From IMG/VR virus record IMGVR_UViG_3300025849_003344: DNA of 64,000 nt; one strand, written 5' to 3'. Both the position numbers and the translations under genes were made by a program. The stretch is from a virus (Duplodnaviria > Caudoviricetes). Under the pieces are notes generated by a model. The model ran no database searches and was not told where the DNA came from. It saw nothing but the letters and a program-made list of their open reading frames with translations. This document shows positions 17,099 to 26,927 of this stretch, in pieces (positions within the stretch are counted from its first letter, which is position 1; each line of letters begins with the position of its first letter).

Positions 17099-19157
17099 CC
17101 AAACTACAACTAATGCTGAACTAGCGCCCGAAGATCCTTATGAGGCAGTGCCTGGTGTTCCGTATATCAGTGACAATTTAGTTGAAGATCCTCTATCGTG
17201 GAGTGGGCCCGAAAGTCAAGGAGATTGTACGTATCGTCCGGCTGGTCATGGAGCGTACGCTAGCGATGAAAGAATTTTTGCGGGTGATTGGTATTCTAAT
17301 CCAGGCTATCGTGGTTGCCCCCAAATATCTGAAGATGGTACAATGCGGTTTAGTTGGCGCCCTGAAGATAATATGGGGCTGGTTAATACCATTGATGATA
17401 ATAGTATGGACAGTAAGATCGCGGCTTACGCTGCAGCCTTTGGTGATCTAGGTATCACAGTCAATGGATACACATACTCATGGATAATTAAAAGTAAAGA
17501 TGCCGAGAATGCTGAGAATACAATAGCCGAAGGGCCTTATGATAAGAAGGGTTTGGGGTATAGTCAGGATTTATTATCTATTCAAGTTGAGTTTCTAGGT
17601 GAAACTAACGAAGATGTTCTGTTCGATAAAACGTATGATTATGACTATCAAATCGCAAACTGGACCACTTTTAGTGGACAAGAAGATTTTGAACTAGATG
17701 GCAAAGATGTTAGTAAGATTCGTATGACTATCAATGGATATGATGCTGGCTATAGTATGGGGTATTATGGACCTGAAGTTCGAGATGTACAATTACAGTT
17801 GTTGTTTACTGTAAAGGAAGCGCCTATTGATTGCGCCGCTGATCCTGGATCTAGTCCTACATGCTATGGCTATCAAGATGCTTTCAATGAATCAATTGGA
17901 TTACCGACTCAAGCTGAAATGATAGCTGATCTAGAAAAAGAGTATGGAGGTTATGATGATGGTATTCCAGAGTTTGATGGGCAAGATGATGGTATTCCAG
18001 AGTTTGATGGACAAGATGATGGTATTCCAGAGTTTGAATTGACTGAAGCTGAGAAGCAAGGTATGGATGCTGAAATAGAAGCAATGGGTAGCATTGTAGA
18101 TGATGGTTCTATGAATGGGTCATTTGAAGATGACGGTTCTATACCAATGGATGGATCATTTCCTGAAGATAGCTTTTCTGGGAATTTAGCGGAAGACTAT
18201 AGCGGCATTCCTTTGGATGATTTTAGTAGTAAGCCAGAAGAGGCCTTTGATAGTGAGCCTGACCAATTCTTTGAACCACTAGAAGAAATTGACGCCACAG
18301 GCCTCCCACCGGTTGATGAGGTGTTCATAGAAGAGCTTCCAATTTTAGATGATAACTTACCAACAGATATATCCAATGAAACACAAAAGGCGCCTAGCAT
18401 TTCTATTAATCCTATTGCTATTGCAAAAGGTGCAGCAAATGCTGGAAATGTTGTGGCAACTGAAGCAACGAGTGAGGCGCTTACTTCGTCAGCTGTATCA
18501 TCAGAATCCGATATAACATTTAGCACTAATCAAAGTCTTACTGCATCAATAAACAGCAATACAATAGATGCAAACCCTGGACAGACTAATGCTTTTGGCC
18601 AGATTGAAAGTAATATGGGCGGAGGATTTGATGGATCGGATAGTGGATATGGTGATGGTGCCGAAAATATTGGATCTAATGGTGATATTGTTATAGATAA
18701 TAATGCTATTGATTTTAGTCAACAGGATTTTAATTCCAACTTTGATAATACTAATGAATATGAAGTTGTTGGAATTACTGTAGAGATTGAGATTGACGCG
18801 ATTAGTTCTAAGCTCGTAAATAATGCTATTAAAAATATAGTTAACACACTTATCGAGCAAGGACAAATAGTGCCTGAAGAAGAACAGTCTCCAGGCCTAG
18901 ATAATAATGCAGAAGACGCTTTAGTTGAAGCGGCAATATCTGGTGATACTAGTGAAGATGCTCAGTCTGCATTACTTGGTTATAATCCAAACTTTCGAGT
19001 CTATGTAACTCCTCAGATGCCAGATAATACTTTCTATCTGCCAAAGGACATTTACCCTGGACAAGAAAATTATGATAACCCGGCCGGGCGTTTCTTTAGC
19101 GGTGCTTCGGATGAAAAGCATAAAGAAATGGTCCGGCAGCAATACGAAAGAAATTAA
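17034..19157 (+). CDS. Large acidic exported protein with putative carbohydrate-binding (FBA-like) domain
   Basis: Signal peptide MMQSRRFLLVCYLLLCCHSAYS; GYDAGYSMGYYGPEVRDV; D/E-rich C-terminal half. Confidence 0.7.
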   Translation: MMQSRRFLLVCYLLLCCHSAYSQTTTNAELAPEDPYEAVPGVPYISDNLVEDPLSWSGPESQGDCTYRPAGHGAYASDERIFAGDWYSNPGYRGCPQISEDGTMRFSWRPEDNMGLVNTIDDNSMDSKIAAYAAAFGDLGITVNGYTYSWIIKSKDAENAENTIAEGPYDKKGLGYSQDLLSIQVEFLGETNEDVLFDKTYDYDYQIANWTTFSGQEDFELDGKDVSKIRMTINGYDAGYSMGYYGPEVRDVQLQLLFTVKEAPIDCAADPGSSPTCYGYQDAFNESIGLPTQAEMIADLEKEYGGYDDGIPEFDGQDDGIPEFDGQDDGIPEFELTEAEKQGMDAEIEAMGSIVDDGSMNGSFEDDGSIPMDGSFPEDSFSGNLAEDYSGIPLDDFSSKPEEAFDSEPDQFFEPLEEIDATGLPPVDEVFIEELPILDDNLPTDISNETQKAPSISINPIAIAKGAANAGNVVATEATSEALTSSAVSSESDITFSTNQSLTASINSNTIDANPGQTNAFGQIESNMGGGFDGSDSGYGDGAENIGSNGDIVIDNNAIDFSQQDFNSNFDNTNEYEVVGITVEIEIDAISSKLVNNAIKNIVNTLIEQGQIVPEEEQSPGLDNNAEDALVEAAISGDTSEDAQSALLGYNPNFRVYVTPQMPDNTFYLPKDIYPGQENYDNPAGRFFSGASDEKHKEMVRQQYERN
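17955..18037 (+). repeat. 30-bp in-frame tandem repeat, about 2.8 copies (DDGIPEFDGQ)
   Basis: gatgatggtattccagagtttgatgg(g/a)caa units at 17955, 17985, 18015. Confidence 0.95.
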
Positions 19158-19502
19158 ATGGCACAGAAAAAATTAGCCGTCAATTCAAAATATGCGGCAT
19201 ACGATTTAGATGGTGATGGAACAGTGACGGATGAAGAAATGGCAAAAGCCGAACATATGATTACAGTTGAAAATGAAGATAAAAAGCAGGACGCACAACG
19301 TAACATGGCATGGTTTGCTTTGTTTGGTATGTTGTTGTACCCATTTGCAGTAGTTATTGCAATTGCATTTGGACTTGACTCTGCCGGTACTATTCTAGGT
19401 AATATGGCACCAACATACTTTGTATCAGTTGCTGCAATTGTTGCTGCATTCTATGGTACTCAGGCATATGCAAGTAAGTCTACGAAAACAGAAGATTACT
19501 AA
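19158..19502 (+). CDS. Holin-like membrane protein with EF-hand-like loop
   Basis: DLDGDGTVTDEE followed by two transmembrane helices. Confidence 0.6.
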   Translation: MAQKKLAVNSKYAAYDLDGDGTVTDEEMAKAEHMITVENEDKKQDAQRNMAWFALFGMLLYPFAVVIAIAFGLDSAGTILGNMAPTYFVSVAAIVAAFYGTQAYASKSTKTEDY

Positions 19503-19514
19503 AAGGAGAATAGT

Positions 19515-20189
19515 ATGGCCGAGGTAGAATTTGGTGGAGTTAAATTTACTGGTGGGAAGATGGTTGCCGTGTTAACTGCGCTATCTACTCTCGGTGGTGC
19601 TACGTGGGGAGGATTTGAAGTCTATAAAGATTATATGGATATGAAAGAAATCATCCAAAATATCGATATAGATGAAATTGATGCCCGCAACAACGAAATA
19701 GAAATAAAACTCGATGCAGCTATTAGCTACACTCGAGACATTAAGAACGACCTTAAAGATGATATTGGTAGGATAGATGTTGGCTTAGATAAACTAAAGG
19801 CTAAAGTAGAAGCATCTAAAATTCACGTTGAATCTAGCGTAGAGAAATTCGAGGACAAGACTGAGATTGCTATAGAAAATTTTGAAGCAAAAACTAAAGC
19901 TCAATTAAGAGAAGCTGAGCAGGATCTTAAAAAAGCTCAGGCTGAGTTAGAAGCTATGGCAGACGAGCTTGATGCTGAGCTCGAAAAAATACGTGATACT
20001 ATGGGTGAAATCAGGTCTGAAAGCGGTGCAACCCTGCGAGACGTAGAAACGACAATGCGCGAATCTGAGAAAGACACGCGCGATATAATGAAAGGAACTA
20101 CTAAAGATATAAACGAAGCTATGGCTGCACTTAAGAAAGATATACAAGAGAGAATTGAGGAGGCCCTTGATAATCCACTAAATGACTAA
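19515..20189 (+). CDS. Membrane-anchored coiled-coil protein
   Basis: N-terminal hydrophobic segment, long charged helical body. Confidence 0.7.
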   Translation: MAEVEFGGVKFTGGKMVAVLTALSTLGGATWGGFEVYKDYMDMKEIIQNIDIDEIDARNNEIEIKLDAAISYTRDIKNDLKDDIGRIDVGLDKLKAKVEASKIHVESSVEKFEDKTEIAIENFEAKTKAQLREAEQDLKKAQAELEAMADELDAELEKIRDTMGEIRSESGATLRDVETTMRESEKDTRDIMKGTTKDINEAMAALKKDIQERIEEALDNPLND

Positions 20190-20389
20190 TATAGATCCTT
20201 AAGATCTTTGTCAGTATCCCAATGGTAACATGTGTATCCTACTATAGTCCACCCATTTTCCTCAGCTTGCGTATATCCTGCAGCTAGACTTTCTAGACAT
20301 GCTTCTAATGTAGGAAGTGGCTGGGGAAATGCCATAACACGACAGTTGCCCATTTCTAATGAACAGCCTAATATTATTGCGCTAAACAT
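20186..20389 (-). CDS. Small Cys-containing protein
   Basis: 67 aa, four Cys, hydrophobic N-terminus. Confidence 0.55.
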   Translation of the reverse strand: MFSAIILGCSLEMGNCRVMAFPQPLPTLEACLESLAAGYTQAEENGWTIVGYTCYHWDTDKDLKDLY

Positions 20390-20473
20390 TTCACTTACCT
20401 CCTAAATATTTTGGAACATCTGATTCCTTTTTAACTAGCCAAGAATCGTATGAAGTTTTAATCCATTTAATCA

Positions 20474-20716
20474 TTAGTCACCTTTATAGATTTTAGTCAA
20501 ATGCGTTTCAAACTCTTCAACCTTAGCAAGGCGATTTGGCCATAAGATATAATCCTTTTGTGGATTAGCCTTAAGATTGTTAAGCAATGGCGTTATAGCA
20601 TTATACAATGCATCAAGACGATCTTCAGCAGTTCCGGCAGCTGACGCTGCCGTTTGTACTGACTCAAGTTCATTTTCGTCTACTGCTGTAAAACCAAAAT
20701 CGAATATGTCTGACAT
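20474..20716 (-). CDS. Conserved hypothetical phage protein
   Basis: FDFGFTAVDE...PLLNNLKANPQKDYILWPNR. Confidence 0.7.
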   Translation of the reverse strand: MSDIFDFGFTAVDENELESVQTAASAAGTAEDRLDALYNAITPLLNNLKANPQKDYILWPNRLAKVEEFETHLTKIYKGD

Positions 20717-21219
20717 TATTTTGCCCTTAGTGAAACTTCTACAGGAATACGATTTCCTACTTGGTATTTATTATAAGTCATGGCAGTGCCTTCATGTCCA
20801 TTCCATGTGAACCATATTTTATAGTGTTTAATAGTTTTTTCATTGTGTGAATCATATACCGTTTGGCATTGTTGCTCTAAACGGTAGCCAGTAACCACTT
20901 GCGATGTTTTACCGCCTTGCTGAGAATTAGCGCCCATGATAGCACCAAGAACAGTCATAATGTCTTTGCCTTGTCCGCTACCAAACTGGTTACCAATAAC
21001 ACCGCCGATAATAGCACCGCCCAAAACTTCACCATCACTACTACGACGTTGGACGTTACCGTAAATAGGAACCTCAACATTCTGACATATATTGCGAGGC
21101 GTATTTACGGTCGAATTTGTATAGATTGGATCTACACGTGAAATTGTAGCGCGAACAGTGTCCGCATAAGCTGGCAATGCAATTGCAATTGCTGTCAATG
21201 TAGTCATTAAAAGTTTCAT
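20716..21219 (-). CDS. Glycine-zipper 2TM envelope protein
   Basis: Signal peptide; GGAIIGGVIGNQFGSGQGKDIMTVLGAIMG. Confidence 0.8.
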   Translation of the reverse strand: MKLLMTTLTAIAIALPAYADTVRATISRVDPIYTNSTVNTPRNICQNVEVPIYGNVQRRSSDGEVLGGAIIGGVIGNQFGSGQGKDIMTVLGAIMGANSQQGGKTSQVVTGYRLEQQCQTVYDSHNEKTIKHYKIWFTWNGHEGTAMTYNKYQVGNRIPVEVSLRAK

Positions 21220-21247
21220 GATATTTTTCCTTATGCGAACATTAAGT

Positions 21248-21397
21248 TTAATTAGGTAATTTTTTACTTTTTCGTCGGAGCTTTCTCATCTTTGAGAAAA
21301 GCCTGCTAGATTTTCCTAGCATGACTTCCTTTAAGTCTCGTCGTCGTAATCTTGCTGACTCTGACTTGGCGATACGTTCTGATCTAGTAGTTTGCAC
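21248..21397 (-). CDS. Small highly basic protein (49 aa)
   Basis: GTG start with SD; (M)QTTRSERIAKSESARLRRRDL...RKLRRKSKKLPN; early and late promoter motifs at 21427-21462. Confidence 0.5.
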   Translation of the reverse strand: MQTTRSERIAKSESARLRRRDLKEVMLGKSSRLFSKMRKLRRKSKKLPN

Positions 21398-21478
21398 TTC
21401 CTATTCCTTTCGTATGAGAGCAATAATATTTATACAATAACATATGTTATATGAGATGTAAACACTTTTTTTAATGTT

Positions 21479-21554
21479 TGGTACTCCCGGTAGGACTCGA
21501 ACCTACAACCAAAACGTTATGAGCGTTCTGCTCTGACCATTGAGCTACAGGAGT
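21479..21554 (-). tRNA. tRNA with CAT anticodon (Ile2 or Met), CCA encoded
   Basis: Cloverleaf ACTCCTG...GAACG CT CAT AA CGTTT...TTCGAGT...CGGGAGT A CCA, 76 nt. Confidence 0.92.
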
Positions 21555-21560
21555 ATTATT

Positions 21561-21638
21561 TGGTGATCTCTGTAGGACTCGAACCTACGACCTAGTCATT
21601 AGAAGTGACTTGCTCTAATCCAGCTGAGCTAAGAGACC
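21561..21638 (-). tRNA. tRNA-Arg(TCT), CCA encoded
   Basis: GGTCTCT...AGTCA CT TCT AA TGACT...TTCGAGT...AGAGATC A CCA. Confidence 0.93.
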
Positions 21639-21728
21639 AATTCTGCTATAGGAACTTAGATGTGATATTCACTACATTTGCTATAACGAGCAATATTACT
21701 ATAACCTCAAAAGAGCGCATAATATAGG

Positions 21729-21935
21729 TCAACCTACAATCTCCATTCCGTCATACTCTGTTTCAATAAGAGGTTCAGATGGATTATTATCTGCCATAAA
21801 ACCACTGCGAACCATAGCAGAGTATTTAGACAAATCCATATGGATTTGGCGGGATTGCTCTCGCGTCAGACCTTCCCATATTTGGGTTTTGCCGTCTTCC
21901 CAATTCTCTATTAACTCAACATACCACATTATCAT
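21729..21935 (-). CDS. Hypothetical protein
   Basis: ORF track; directly follows 21937 ORF. Confidence 0.55.
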   Translation of the reverse strand: MIMWYVELIENWEDGKTQIWEGLTREQSRQIHMDLSKYSAMVRSGFMADNNPSEPLIETEYDGMEIVG

Positions 21936-21936
21936 A

Positions 21937-22326
21937 TCAATCCTTATATTTTACAATAGCCAAAAGTTCTTTGACTAAAGTCTTTCCATAGTCAGTAAAT
22001 AAAATACCTTGATCCCAGACGAAGTGTTCCACACACTGTCCGCTCCAAAAGGTTTCGCTTTGGGTTAACCAATCTAATGCTTGCGTACGTGACTTAGCAC
22101 CAGAAGATATTACTTTAGCAACAAGCTCTTCAAAAAGAATAACATCTTTTTCCGCTTGATTTTTGTTGCTAATTTCGTTTTGCTTGAGTTGTTCGCAGAG
22201 TTCATCGAATATGGTATCTTTACCCGCTTTATCAAGCGAGTCAAAAGAATTTAGATAATCAGCATTAGGCCTGAAGCCGTGTACATCTTTATGTAAATCC
22301 GATATTAGATCATAATCGCCTTGCAT
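21937..22326 (-). CDS. Hypothetical early protein
   Basis: SDLHKDVHGFRP; SD and early promoter (22357-22385) upstream. Confidence 0.7.
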   Translation of the reverse strand: MQGDYDLISDLHKDVHGFRPNADYLNSFDSLDKAGKDTIFDELCEQLKQNEISNKNQAEKDVILFEELVAKVISSGAKSRTQALDWLTQSETFWSGQCVEHFVWDQGILFTDYGKTLVKELLAIVKYKD

Positions 22327-22603
22327 TAACTTTCTCCTCTTGCATCTGATATGTCCTTTATAATAGGTTTCTCAGGCAAAGTAAACAGTTAATTTCACTT
22401 ATTTTCAAGTCTTTCTTCACGGAACATCCGTAAGATCCACTCGTGGTATCGTTCTTGCTTCTCTTGGTTCATCGTGTACGTACCTTATCCATAATGTAAT
22501 GTTATCTATAATGTTATCATGCGGGTCATCAAGCTGCGCCTGCCATAGGCGCTGCTCGTCGTCATCCATTCATAATTCCGTTTATAATTTCTATTATTCA
22601 ATA

Positions 22604-23020
22604 TTATTTATAATATAGCGCAATTAGACTCTTTTCTAATGAGTTCGCTTCTATTTCCCAAGGCCTATCATCGTATTCCATGTCTAGGGGATATAGAACT
22701 TTCTCATAAAACACATCTCTTGCCCACTCTTGTTTCATCTGCTTAGTCACATATTGTTTGACGTGCACAAGCTCGTGTATTACAGTTGAGATGAGTTCGT
22801 ATTCTGATTGTGCTATATCAAGCCTAATCGTAAAGTCTCTATCTTCTTCATCCATGCAATCGCCATGAATACCTTCATTGGCTCTTAGTTTTCGCATAAG
22901 TTTAAATGTTACGCACACATTTTTGTGGCGTGGAAATAGATTCTTCTTAGCAAAAAACGCAGCTTCATATATGACATCTTCTAACTTTGCATTACGAGCG
23001 CCAATAAAATCTATTTCCAT
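22604..23020 (-). CDS. Zincin-like metallopeptidase domain protein
   Basis: HELVHVKQY...PWEIEA. Confidence 0.75.
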   Translation of the reverse strand: MEIDFIGARNAKLEDVIYEAAFFAKKNLFPRHKNVCVTFKLMRKLRANEGIHGDCMDEEDRDFTIRLDIAQSEYELISTVIHELVHVKQYVTKQMKQEWARDVFYEKVLYPLDMEYDDRPWEIEANSLEKSLIALYYK

Positions 23021-23021
23021 A

Positions 23022-23627
23022 CTATTTTAATTTATTCACGACTACTTCTACATTGTCAGGCAATGAGACCTTTGGCTTACCGTGCATGTGATGTACGACG
23101 AATTGTGTGTTAGGAAACTCACGAAATAAGCCTTCCCAAATAGGTCGCCAGTTTACGGCTAATCGGTGTGTGTTAAATGCATCTCTATTTGAATTAAGTA
23201 CAAAGTCAGTGGTACTAATTAGATTAAAGTCAAATATTGAATCAAATCCGTACATATGGATCTCATCGCAGTTAAGCTTGTTTGCTGTATAATGAGTACA
23301 CATATGCCCACAGTTAAAGTCGGTGTAGTTATTAGCATATCGTGGTAGATCTAAATAGAAATCTTTAATATGCCTAGAAAAGCGCATATGGAATTGTGGA
23401 TTCATCTCAGTGAATTTTTTAGGCCTTGCACCCATAATCCAATCGTATCCACGTAAGTCCACACTACCCTCTTCAATAGCGCGACACATTTTAAAATCTA
23501 CGATAGCTGTACCATACACATTATCAATGGCGGTAGGTGGCAGATTGCATGTGAGCTTTAAGCCCTTAGCGGGTTTATAGAACCTGTAACTATCACCATT
23601 ACCAATAATATGAGCAACCTTAGGCAT
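23022..23627 (-). CDS. Glycan-cluster protein with IIGNG motif (DUF115/GT-like)
   Basis: AHIIGNGDS...NCG...EIHMYGFD. Confidence 0.55.
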   Translation of the reverse strand: MPKVAHIIGNGDSYRFYKPAKGLKLTCNLPPTAIDNVYGTAIVDFKMCRAIEEGSVDLRGYDWIMGARPKKFTEMNPQFHMRFSRHIKDFYLDLPRYANNYTDFNCGHMCTHYTANKLNCDEIHMYGFDSIFDFNLISTTDFVLNSNRDAFNTHRLAVNWRPIWEGLFREFPNTQFVVHHMHGKPKVSLPDNVEVVVNKLK

Positions 23628-24288
23628 TCATTAAACTCCGAATATGTTCTTTACCCTTCGCACCAGTGTGATGCTTAATGCGGATATCTTTAACTTTGTT
23701 ACCATCAAGTCCATCTAATCGTAGGTAGTTATATTGTGGTGGTAACCTGTTTATGTATATAGCCTTTGCAAGAGGATCTAACATAGCGTGTAAGACTTCT
23801 TGATCTCCACGTTGCTGTGGATTTTCGAAGCATGCCTGTGCCCACCTTCTTAGCATCTCAGGTTTACCCTCAAATGCGACAACGCCTGAGTTGTACCATT
23901 CTTCTCCTGACCGTTTAGTCCATGGTGTATCCATACACATATTCAGTTTTTGTGCTAAACAATGATTCCAAATATCTGAAATATTACCAACCACTTCACA
24001 ATCAACATCAACCCATACTGTTCGTTTGTATGGTGAGTTCATCATTGCGCCAGGTTTTTTAAACCATGTTGCTTGACCAGTTGCTTGCTCAAGGTGTCCA
24101 ATAGAACTAACTTTTGTTTCAACATAGTCAATCATTTTTTGGGACATACCAAAATTTATAACTGACAATGGCATATCATTATGTTTATAATAATTCTCAA
24201 TAAACCAAGGGAGCATCCATTCAGCTTCTCTATCACATCCGGTTAGGACGCATTCACTTAAATCAGGTTTAGACATCAATAATCTCAT
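23620..24288 (-). CDS. GT-A glycosyltransferase (GT8/GT77-like)
   Basis: WFKKP...VWVDVDC (DxD)...YNSGVV...GDQEVL...HHTG. Confidence 0.8.
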   Translation of the reverse strand: MRLLMSKPDLSECVLTGCDREAEWMLPWFIENYYKHNDMPLSVINFGMSQKMIDYVETKVSSIGHLEQATGQATWFKKPGAMMNSPYKRTVWVDVDCEVVGNISDIWNHCLAQKLNMCMDTPWTKRSGEEWYNSGVVAFEGKPEMLRRWAQACFENPQQRGDQEVLHAMLDPLAKAIYINRLPPQYNYLRLDGLDGNKVKDIRIKHHTGAKGKEHIRSLMNA

Positions 24289-24922
24289 ATCTTTGGTTAA
24301 AATTATGTTTGGCTTGACAACCGGCCGGAGCTTGAATTGTAGTAAATGTATCTTTGGCTTCTACAGGCCATGGATATATTTCTTCAAGGAAGGGAAAAGT
24401 CGCTTTATTTAGAAACACGTCTGTAGGACGAGCTTCCATAATTGCTTGTTGAATAAGCTGTTCAGCTCCCGCCGGATTTACTCTATACGCATGCGCACCA
24501 GGGAAATACGGTTTAGACACCAACGGTTGAACACCAAACCGTATAGGTTGATTGAACCTGCCATAAGACGGTTGTCCTAACGATACACATCCTTTAAACA
24601 CCATATTAGAACTAATATTATTAATACATATTGCGTCATGTTCAAAGATAGTAATCGATTCTTTGGTGCGTACACATTCTTGCCATAAGCTGAAATGTGA
24701 TAGGAATGCAGCAATACAATTTTCCGTACGAGAATATACTTCATCCATTGCTGCAACATTAATGCCAAAGGCTTTTACTATACCATTTAAATCATCGGCC
24801 GGAGTAGTAGCTTTCCATTTTTCAATAGTAAGTCCACCTGTGCTTAAACCAGATTTAATACACCGCTCTGCAGCCTTAACAGACTTTTCGTTATCAGCTA
24901 TAGTAATTACGTAATGTTTCAT
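24269..24922 (-). CDS. Glycosyltransferase family 25-like
   Basis: AFLSHFSLW...IFEHDA...GAHAYRV. Confidence 0.8.
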   Translation of the reverse strand: MKHYVITIADNEKSVKAAERCIKSGLSTGGLTIEKWKATTPADDLNGIVKAFGINVAAMDEVYSRTENCIAAFLSHFSLWQECVRTKESITIFEHDAICINNISSNMVFKGCVSLGQPSYGRFNQPIRFGVQPLVSKPYFPGAHAYRVNPAGAEQLIQQAIMEARPTDVFLNKATFPFLEEIYPWPVEAKDTFTTIQAPAGCQAKHNFNQRYEIIDV

Positions 24923-25617
24923 AATGTAGTTGTACTAGGAAGTCCTTGTACCCTTGTATAATATCGTTTGGTGACCCGTAGGAAATTAAAGTTCTGATAA
25001 CAAAGAAGCGCGTCGTTTGGCCATGCTCCAATTCTATTAACAGTTTCGATAACCTTCTTAGCTGCGCTTGGTGTAATTATATATGCACTGTTTCCGGCTA
25101 ACCCTTGAGGCACATCCCATGTGTCAATCTTAGGTAATTGTTGTATTACCTTATCATTTTTTTGTATAATATCGTGGAATAATCCTGCCATACGTGTAGC
25201 ACCACGAGGATCATTGATGCCCAGCACACAGTCATATCCTGGCTCAGCCTCGCCAGGATCAACTAGCTTATTAGTAAATATTGCATCATGTTCTAGAATT
25301 AAATAATTCTCAGATGATTTAGCAGCTTCTTTCCACAACCTATAATGACTCATAAAACATGCTACGCGTTTACGCGGATCTGCACCAGAGTATGCACTTA
25401 GTTTCAAACCTGTTGCTATATCAGATTGCTGACCTTCCCACGGATAAGTCCAACGTAAACCTTCACGTGTAAAAAGCTTATTACTTTCATCTGCCGTAAT
25501 AGCATCGAAGGTTTTAATATCAAACTCATTCTCAAATAAGGCCGAAGATTCTCTTAATACTCCGGCCCCTGTTTCAGAAAGATGATTGCCTTTAATAGTT
25601 ATTACTCTAGCTTGCAT
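24919..25617 (-). CDS. Glycosyltransferase family 25-like
   Basis: ACFMSHYRLW...ILEHDA...GNSAYIITPSAA. Confidence 0.8.
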   Translation of the reverse strand: MQARVITIKGNHLSETGAGVLRESSALFENEFDIKTFDAITADESNKLFTREGLRWTYPWEGQQSDIATGLKLSAYSGADPRKRVACFMSHYRLWKEAAKSSENYLILEHDAIFTNKLVDPGEAEPGYDCVLGINDPRGATRMAGLFHDIIQKNDKVIQQLPKIDTWDVPQGLAGNSAYIITPSAAKKVIETVNRIGAWPNDALLCYQNFNFLRVTKRYYTRVQGLPSTTTL

Positions 25618-26239
25618 TTCTTAACTCAATAATATAACTGTCAGGTGCTCCAGTTAGCTTACGCTGATCATGACGCTTGATATTCATACCAGATTTTTCT
25701 ATTGTTCCAAGGAACATCTCATTATCAAGATGGTTATATCGGTCAGGATATTTCTGTAACCATTCTAGTTGTAGTTCTTTAGTAGTCATAATCTCTAGTG
25801 GAAACACATCTTCAATAAAGAAGACACCATCGTCAGCTAAAAATTGTGATAGATTTTTAAACGTCTGCATGTTGGCTTTAGGTGTATGCATTCCGTCATC
25901 AATGATAACATCAAACTTAATGTCTCCCCACTTCGAACGAATTTCACGTGCAATAGATGGATCAGTACTACTCGCTTTAATCCAATCAGCACGGTCATAC
26001 GTGTAACAATTTAAATCTTGAGGTTTAGTTCGAGTAAAAATGTCTACTCCATACATATTAGCCATAGGTAAGTATTGGAGAAAAGCTTCTGTGCTATGGC
26101 CGTTAAATACGCCGACCTCAAGAATGTTGATACGCTTATTCATCATCGTATCCATCACTGGTGCATATACACGATCATATTGATGCTTACGCGTTTTGTC
26201 ACATCCATACTTATTAAATAGATCGCCTAGTTCACTCAT
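25607..26239 (-). CDS. Class I SAM-dependent methyltransferase
   Basis: ILEVGVFNGHS...GVDIF...FDVIIDDGMH...GVFFIED. Confidence 0.85.
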   Translation of the reverse strand: MSELGDLFNKYGCDKTRKHQYDRVYAPVMDTMMNKRINILEVGVFNGHSTEAFLQYLPMANMYGVDIFTRTKPQDLNCYTYDRADWIKASSTDPSIAREIRSKWGDIKFDVIIDDGMHTPKANMQTFKNLSQFLADDGVFFIEDVFPLEIMTTKELQLEWLQKYPDRYNHLDNEMFLGTIEKSGMNIKRHDQRKLTGAPDSYIIELRNAS

Positions 26240-26927
26240 TATCTAATCTCCAATAGTTTTTGGTCGCAGCACTATTAAAATCAAATCCCCAATGGTCAAT
26301 ATCTTTCTTGTACCAATCAGCGACAATTTGAATCGTCTTATCATTATATATCTTCTGATAAGTGCCCTCATTTAGTGCTGTTACATTCCTAGCACGAGAC
26401 ATTTGCGGAATTTTAAAATACGCAATTAATTCGGCATTAAGATGTTCGAATCTTAACATATCGCATTTAACATTACCCTTTTCATCTGAGACGTGGTCAA
26501 ACGCCGGATACCAACCACGAATAGCACGATGCCACATGAATGGATGATTCCCCCATTTGTGACGCTCTTCAAGAAATGCTTCAAAGCTAGAAACATCTGC
26601 ATAGGTTGGGTCAGCCTTTTTTTCTACTTGGATTACTTTTTTTGCGAAAAAATATCGAGATACCACACGACTCCAAGGGTTCCTAATAATGCCGAAAGCT
26701 CCAAATTGTTTAGTGTAATCTGGGTTAAGATCTCTCCAACGGGCATGCTCAATTCCATGATGATCTCCTGTCATTGCCATAGTATCTAGTAGCTCTTGAG
26801 TATATTCACGACTCTTGTGTGTATTTTGATTATTGACTAAAATCTTATCTCTTAAGAATGGGCTATGACGAATGGTCATGCCAGCATTTTTAGGGATATG
26901 AACAAAAATCTTTTTATTATCCAACAT
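26232..26927 (-). CDS. Sulfotransferase family 2 protein
   Basis: FVHIPKNAGMTI (5'-PSB) and RNPWSRVVSRY (3'-PB). Confidence 0.85.
   Translation of the reverse strand: MLDNKKIFVHIPKNAGMTIRHSPFLRDKILVNNQNTHKSREYTQELLDTMAMTGDHHGIEHARWRDLNPDYTKQFGAFGIIRNPWSRVVSRYFFAKKVIQVEKKADPTYADVSSFEAFLEERHKWGNHPFMWHRAIRGWYPAFDHVSDEKGNVKCDMLRFEHLNAELIAYFKIPQMSRARNVTALNEGTYQKIYNDKTIQIVADWYKKDIDHWGFDFNSAATKNYWRLDNE

Noticed and set aside
21248-21397. Ribosomal protein bS21
   Set aside because: Basic and similar in size, but the bS21 pattern (ALRRFKR...YEKPS) is absent.
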